Shown: positions 60,397 to 64,000 of the stretch, one piece after another
Layout of the letters: every line of letters starts with the position of its first letter
Numbering within the stretch: the stretch's first letter is position 1
NCBI RefSeq assembly: GCF_963921235.1
Contig: NC_086120.1
Span: 26,598,001-26,662,000, forward strand
Direction of reading: 5' to 3'
DNA: 64,000 bases
From: Mobula hypostoma
Taxonomy: Eukaryota
The notes under the pieces: model-generated
Seen by the model: only the letters and a program-made list of their open reading frames with translations
Databases searched by the model: none
What the model was told of the DNA's origin: nothing
Made by a program: the position numbers and the translations under genes

Positions 60397-62140
60397 CACG
60401 ATTTGCTCTAATTTGTAATATGTGCCAGCAGTCATAGACCACAGACACAGATTTTAATGTTAAACAAATATATTTTCAATACCGACCCAAAATATAGACA
60501 ATTAAAACAATTGCTCCCCTAAACAAAAATTAACAGTGCAATGCATCTCAGCTCACACAACTGTGGAGGTCTGGAGACGGTTCCTCCCAAGTCTTACTCA
60601 AACAGAGTCCTAAGATGGCAATCCAGAAGGTTCCGGAATCCACGGGAACAGGTACAGGTGTCTGTGAGGAAGGGTTCATAAATCCACTTTAAGATGACAC
60701 AAGGTGATGATCACAGAAAATTCCAGAGGACAAGTGATCGTCACGTAACACACTGGATCCACGCAGGGATAACGAGGTGACAGTCACAGAAGTTTCCAGA
60801 AGTCGAGTGGTCGTCACTTAAATACTAGAGTCCACTCAGGGATAACAAAGTGATGCAGTTCCAAAGTCTATGTAGGGATATCGCAAGGTGACGGTCACGG
60901 AATATTCCTTAACACGAGTGGTCGCCACGGAACACACCCGAATCCATGTATGGATTAACAAAAAGTGGTCGCTACAGAATACTCCAGAAATCCGAGTATG
61001 GATCATACAAAGTGACAGTCACGTATCCAATATGCACTGTGTGCTGCAAATTATCACAATCTTCTGGTCACGGAGAAATATTGGGAACACCCACTGCTGT
61101 AGTGAACTCTTAACTAACTCAACTCACTCTTGCTGGTAACTCACAGTCTGTTGCATTGCTTAGCTGCAGAAATTTTTAGAACCCCCCCCCCCAAATTCAA
61201 TAGAAAAAGCCTACCCTCGTTTGTTATATGACGCCATCCCCACGCCTCGTCCTAGCGCACCTAAATGACAACATCCCACACCCCGTTGACATGTAACAGT
61301 AATGACCAGTATGTGCAAGAAGCTTGTGCTGTGCCATCTTTTGCCCAGTGACAACAACATGTGCGCACTGAATTTTTAAGTGAAATTAAGCCTAAAGCTA
61401 TTCTAAGATAATAAACTCCCAAGTCCAGTTTGTAGTTTATTGCTTATTAGAAATAAAATAACTGTCAATAAGAACTATGATCTCCTCTGAGTTTGATTAA
61501 TTTCGCTCTCGTTCATCGGCACTCTGGCAGAACATAGGTAGTAGACCTGCAGTGGGTAATGAAGGATTTTCTTGCCGGAGCTTTTGCACACCATCCATAT
61601 GTGAATTGCTTGCTAAATGATGCTTTAAAAAGTCAAGTTTCCAAATATCATTCCACTTCTTCCCACTTGCAAATTCTCCAGCAATTTTTGCATCACGACA
61701 GTACACGCAGGTAACACCGGTTTCTGTATTGTACATTAACGTTTCTCGTAGCTGCATGTTCCTGGCCTCATGAGCTGTCGGTGTTGCAGTTGCTACTGTT
61801 TCATTAGGCCGTTCCACCTTAAATGAACTAGTAATTATTTTGCGCTTCTCTCTCCTTGCTTCTTTGGAATTCAACATAGTAAATCAATAATTTCTTCAAT
61901 AAAACAGTAAAAAATAACCTAATTCTAAAATCTGCAAACAAATCATTGCAAATTCCACATTGTCAATACTGTCTGCATCAAACACCATAAAAGGAAATGT
62001 GATTGTGTGTGATCTTGAAATATACTTAACATGCCAATGAGGTAGAGTGTAATCAACTTCTGTGTCCAGTTTAAATTCCTTTGTGTGCTAATAGCAAAAG
62101 GTGTGTGTGCGCGCACGCGCCCACCTTAGAGGGAACATCG
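60397..62140 (-). mobile_element. hAT-superfamily transposon derivative (TTF zinc-finger remnant)
   Basis: 8-bp TSD gttgtaat/gttataat. Right end cttagagggaacatcg and a degenerate left TIR. CVYCRDAK...WKLDFLKHHLASNSH. Confidence 0.7.
60420..61298. mobile_element. Probable solo LTR nested in the hAT element, with an internal ~73-bp imperfect tandem repeat
   Basis: (a)TG...GTAACA ends, flanking gtaat duplication, repeated aggtgac..tcac.gaa...gagtggtcgtcac units at 60700-61025. Confidence 0.55.
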
Positions 62141-62281
62141 GTTATAATCTCCCATAGCTGAGTCTGTATTAGTGCTGTGTTGTATGCTATATCTAGATAG
62201 TCCTGGGCTTAATCTGGCTGTGTATCTAATTTGACTCTGTAATGGCCCCCGACTCAGTATTCTGATTCCACCCTTCCACAG

Positions 62282-62593
62282 GTGCTGTCTGAGGCAGCAC
62301 ATGAGCGTGCAACTGCCGCTCCCACCACTGCCGCCGTAGCTCCCGCTGCCCGTGCCGATCCTTCTCCAACCCAGAGCCCTCTGGTGGGCCACAAGGATGA
62401 GCACACAGACCGCCGTTCAATCCGCGAAGACTCCACTCCACGTTTGCTGGATCACCACGACGAGCTAACATCCAATGATCCGCACCCTGTGGAGTTTGAC
62501 AACGCAATTAGTTATGTAAATAAAATCAAAAACCGTTACTTGGAACGTCCAGAGGTTTACAAGTCCTTTTTGGAGATTCTCCACACCTACCAG
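62282..62593 (+). CDS. SIN3B: SIN3B exon (PAH1-PAH2 linker and PAH2 start); the gene continues beyond the window
   Basis: [36 protein letters not shown]; NAISYVNK and SFLEILH are SIN3B-type; 312 nt, phase 0/0. Confidence 0.9.
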
Positions 62594-64000
62594 GTAAAAC
62601 CATGTTATCTAACTCGGGGATTCTTCAGTGCAGCTTTTATTTGTATATCCCCTTTAGATATTAAAAATCTGAATGTTCACAAGAAAGTTATCAAGGATCA
62701 AGTTATCAAGTTATGAAAGGATATTGGGATAGATGATAAAAAAAATCTTGACAGATTGTTGATTTGAGACAATCGTAATCAAGGAAAGAGGTAAGCAGGG
62801 TGAAGGAGAGAATTACAAACCTTTTGATCTTGATAGCAGAAAGCATTGAAAGTGGTGGTTCAATTAAATTGAATGATATTTAAGAGGGCAGAATTGGAGG
62901 AAGGAATGGATATTTCAGAAGGTTATGGACAGAAGGAAGAGGAAATTGTAGAGATGAGGGGAGACCAGAGTGGGATCTGAAAACAAAGTTGGGGATTAAA
63001 AAAAAAATGAATTGTTATTTAAATAATGGCTATTATAAGTTAGCCAGCACAGGCACAAGCTGGGACATGGGCAGCAGAGTTTTTGACGACTTTGTGTTCA
63101 TTTAGCAAGAAAACTAAGCACATGCCTTGGATTTCCTGCAGACCCTATCCTTTCTGCAATTATCAGTGTCTAAGATGTTCTGTAAGTAGGTAGGTGTTGT
63201 GTACGTGCGGTGATGGGCAACACCTCAGTCAGCCCAGAGCTTCCAAAGAGAAGTTAGCAGGTGTAGAAATGAGGCTTATCTTATTGAAACTACATGAAGC
63301 AGAAGGAGTGAGCCGTTGAGGAGTGGCAGATGGAAAGGATGAGCAAGTGATATTAATATTTGTTAGATTATACGTGCTTGGAACTGATAGAAAGATTGAG
63401 CAAATCTTGGAATCCTGGAGATTATTCTGAGCACAAATCATTCCATGGCAAGAAGCCTATTTTAGCTGTATCTTGTTTTCATAAGGGAAACCAATCAACC
63501 ATGTTTCTGATGTTTTTAAAAAAAAAATCTGAAATCTGGTTTAGTATTTTAATGAAAATAGCAATTGATTTTTCTCCTCCAGAAACATCACACATGATTA
63601 CATTTATTCAAATAAATGTGGCATGTTCTGTATGGATAAGTTTAATTTTAAGTTTTAACTGAAGATATTTAAAATCTTTGGAACCTCAGTATGAAGCTAA
63701 CGCTGGCACTGGAGTTGTAAGTGAAGATCAGAACTAAATGTGGGTTCTTACCTACTGTTGTAAATACCATGTCAGATGTTTGTTTAATGTCGCATGTAGC
63801 TGTAGGTATTGGATGATACACCAACTCATTTCCATCCTTTCTGTGGTACGTATCAATATTTAGGGTAAAAATAGGGAATATAATTAAATTTGCATACGAT
63901 ATTAGAATTAGCAGTGTGCTTGAGTGAGGAAGAAAGTTGTACATTGGTCGAAGAATTAAGTGGGTAATTAAGAATTAATTGTTACAAAGCGAGCACAAGG

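Noticed and set aside
61497-61877. Domesticated ZNF862-like gene
   Set aside because: Only a truncated zinc-finger remnant lying within a TSD-flanked hAT derivative.

Overview
This is vertebrate genomic DNA, most likely from a cartilaginous fish (ray or shark), inferred from the CR1/SINE/Penelope repeat landscape and slowly evolving proteins. Recognisable genes, all on +: the last coding exon of SHC2 (265-405), two-exon TPGS1 (18241-19800), five-exon CDC34/UBE2R (29211-35835) and the 5' part of SIN3B (non-coding exon 1 near 46500, coding exons 55024-62593, continuing beyond the window). The most novel item is an unrecognised intronless 338-aa ORF on the - strand between TPGS1 and CDC34 (22325-23341). 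It has a hydrophobic N-terminus, an acidic linker, eight 24-aa NQ(T/S)FQNF..ADxSRVxxRD repeats (seven N-glycosylation sequons, one in-frame deletion) and an Arg-rich tail. It may be spliced from the divergent side of the CDC34 promoter, which carries a ZNF143 site and five CCAAT boxes. Other notable items are: TSD-flanked hairpin retroposons carrying minimal hammerhead-ribozyme motifs; a ~10 kb nested transposon stack (CR1 > R4/Dong > Gypsy > SINE/hairpin); Chapaev3-like, hAT and Tigger-like DNA transposons with recognisable ends; and a possible SHC2 terminal intron whose splicing leaves the protein unchanged. Repeat boundaries were read by eye and are approximate unless a TSD or TIR is quoted.
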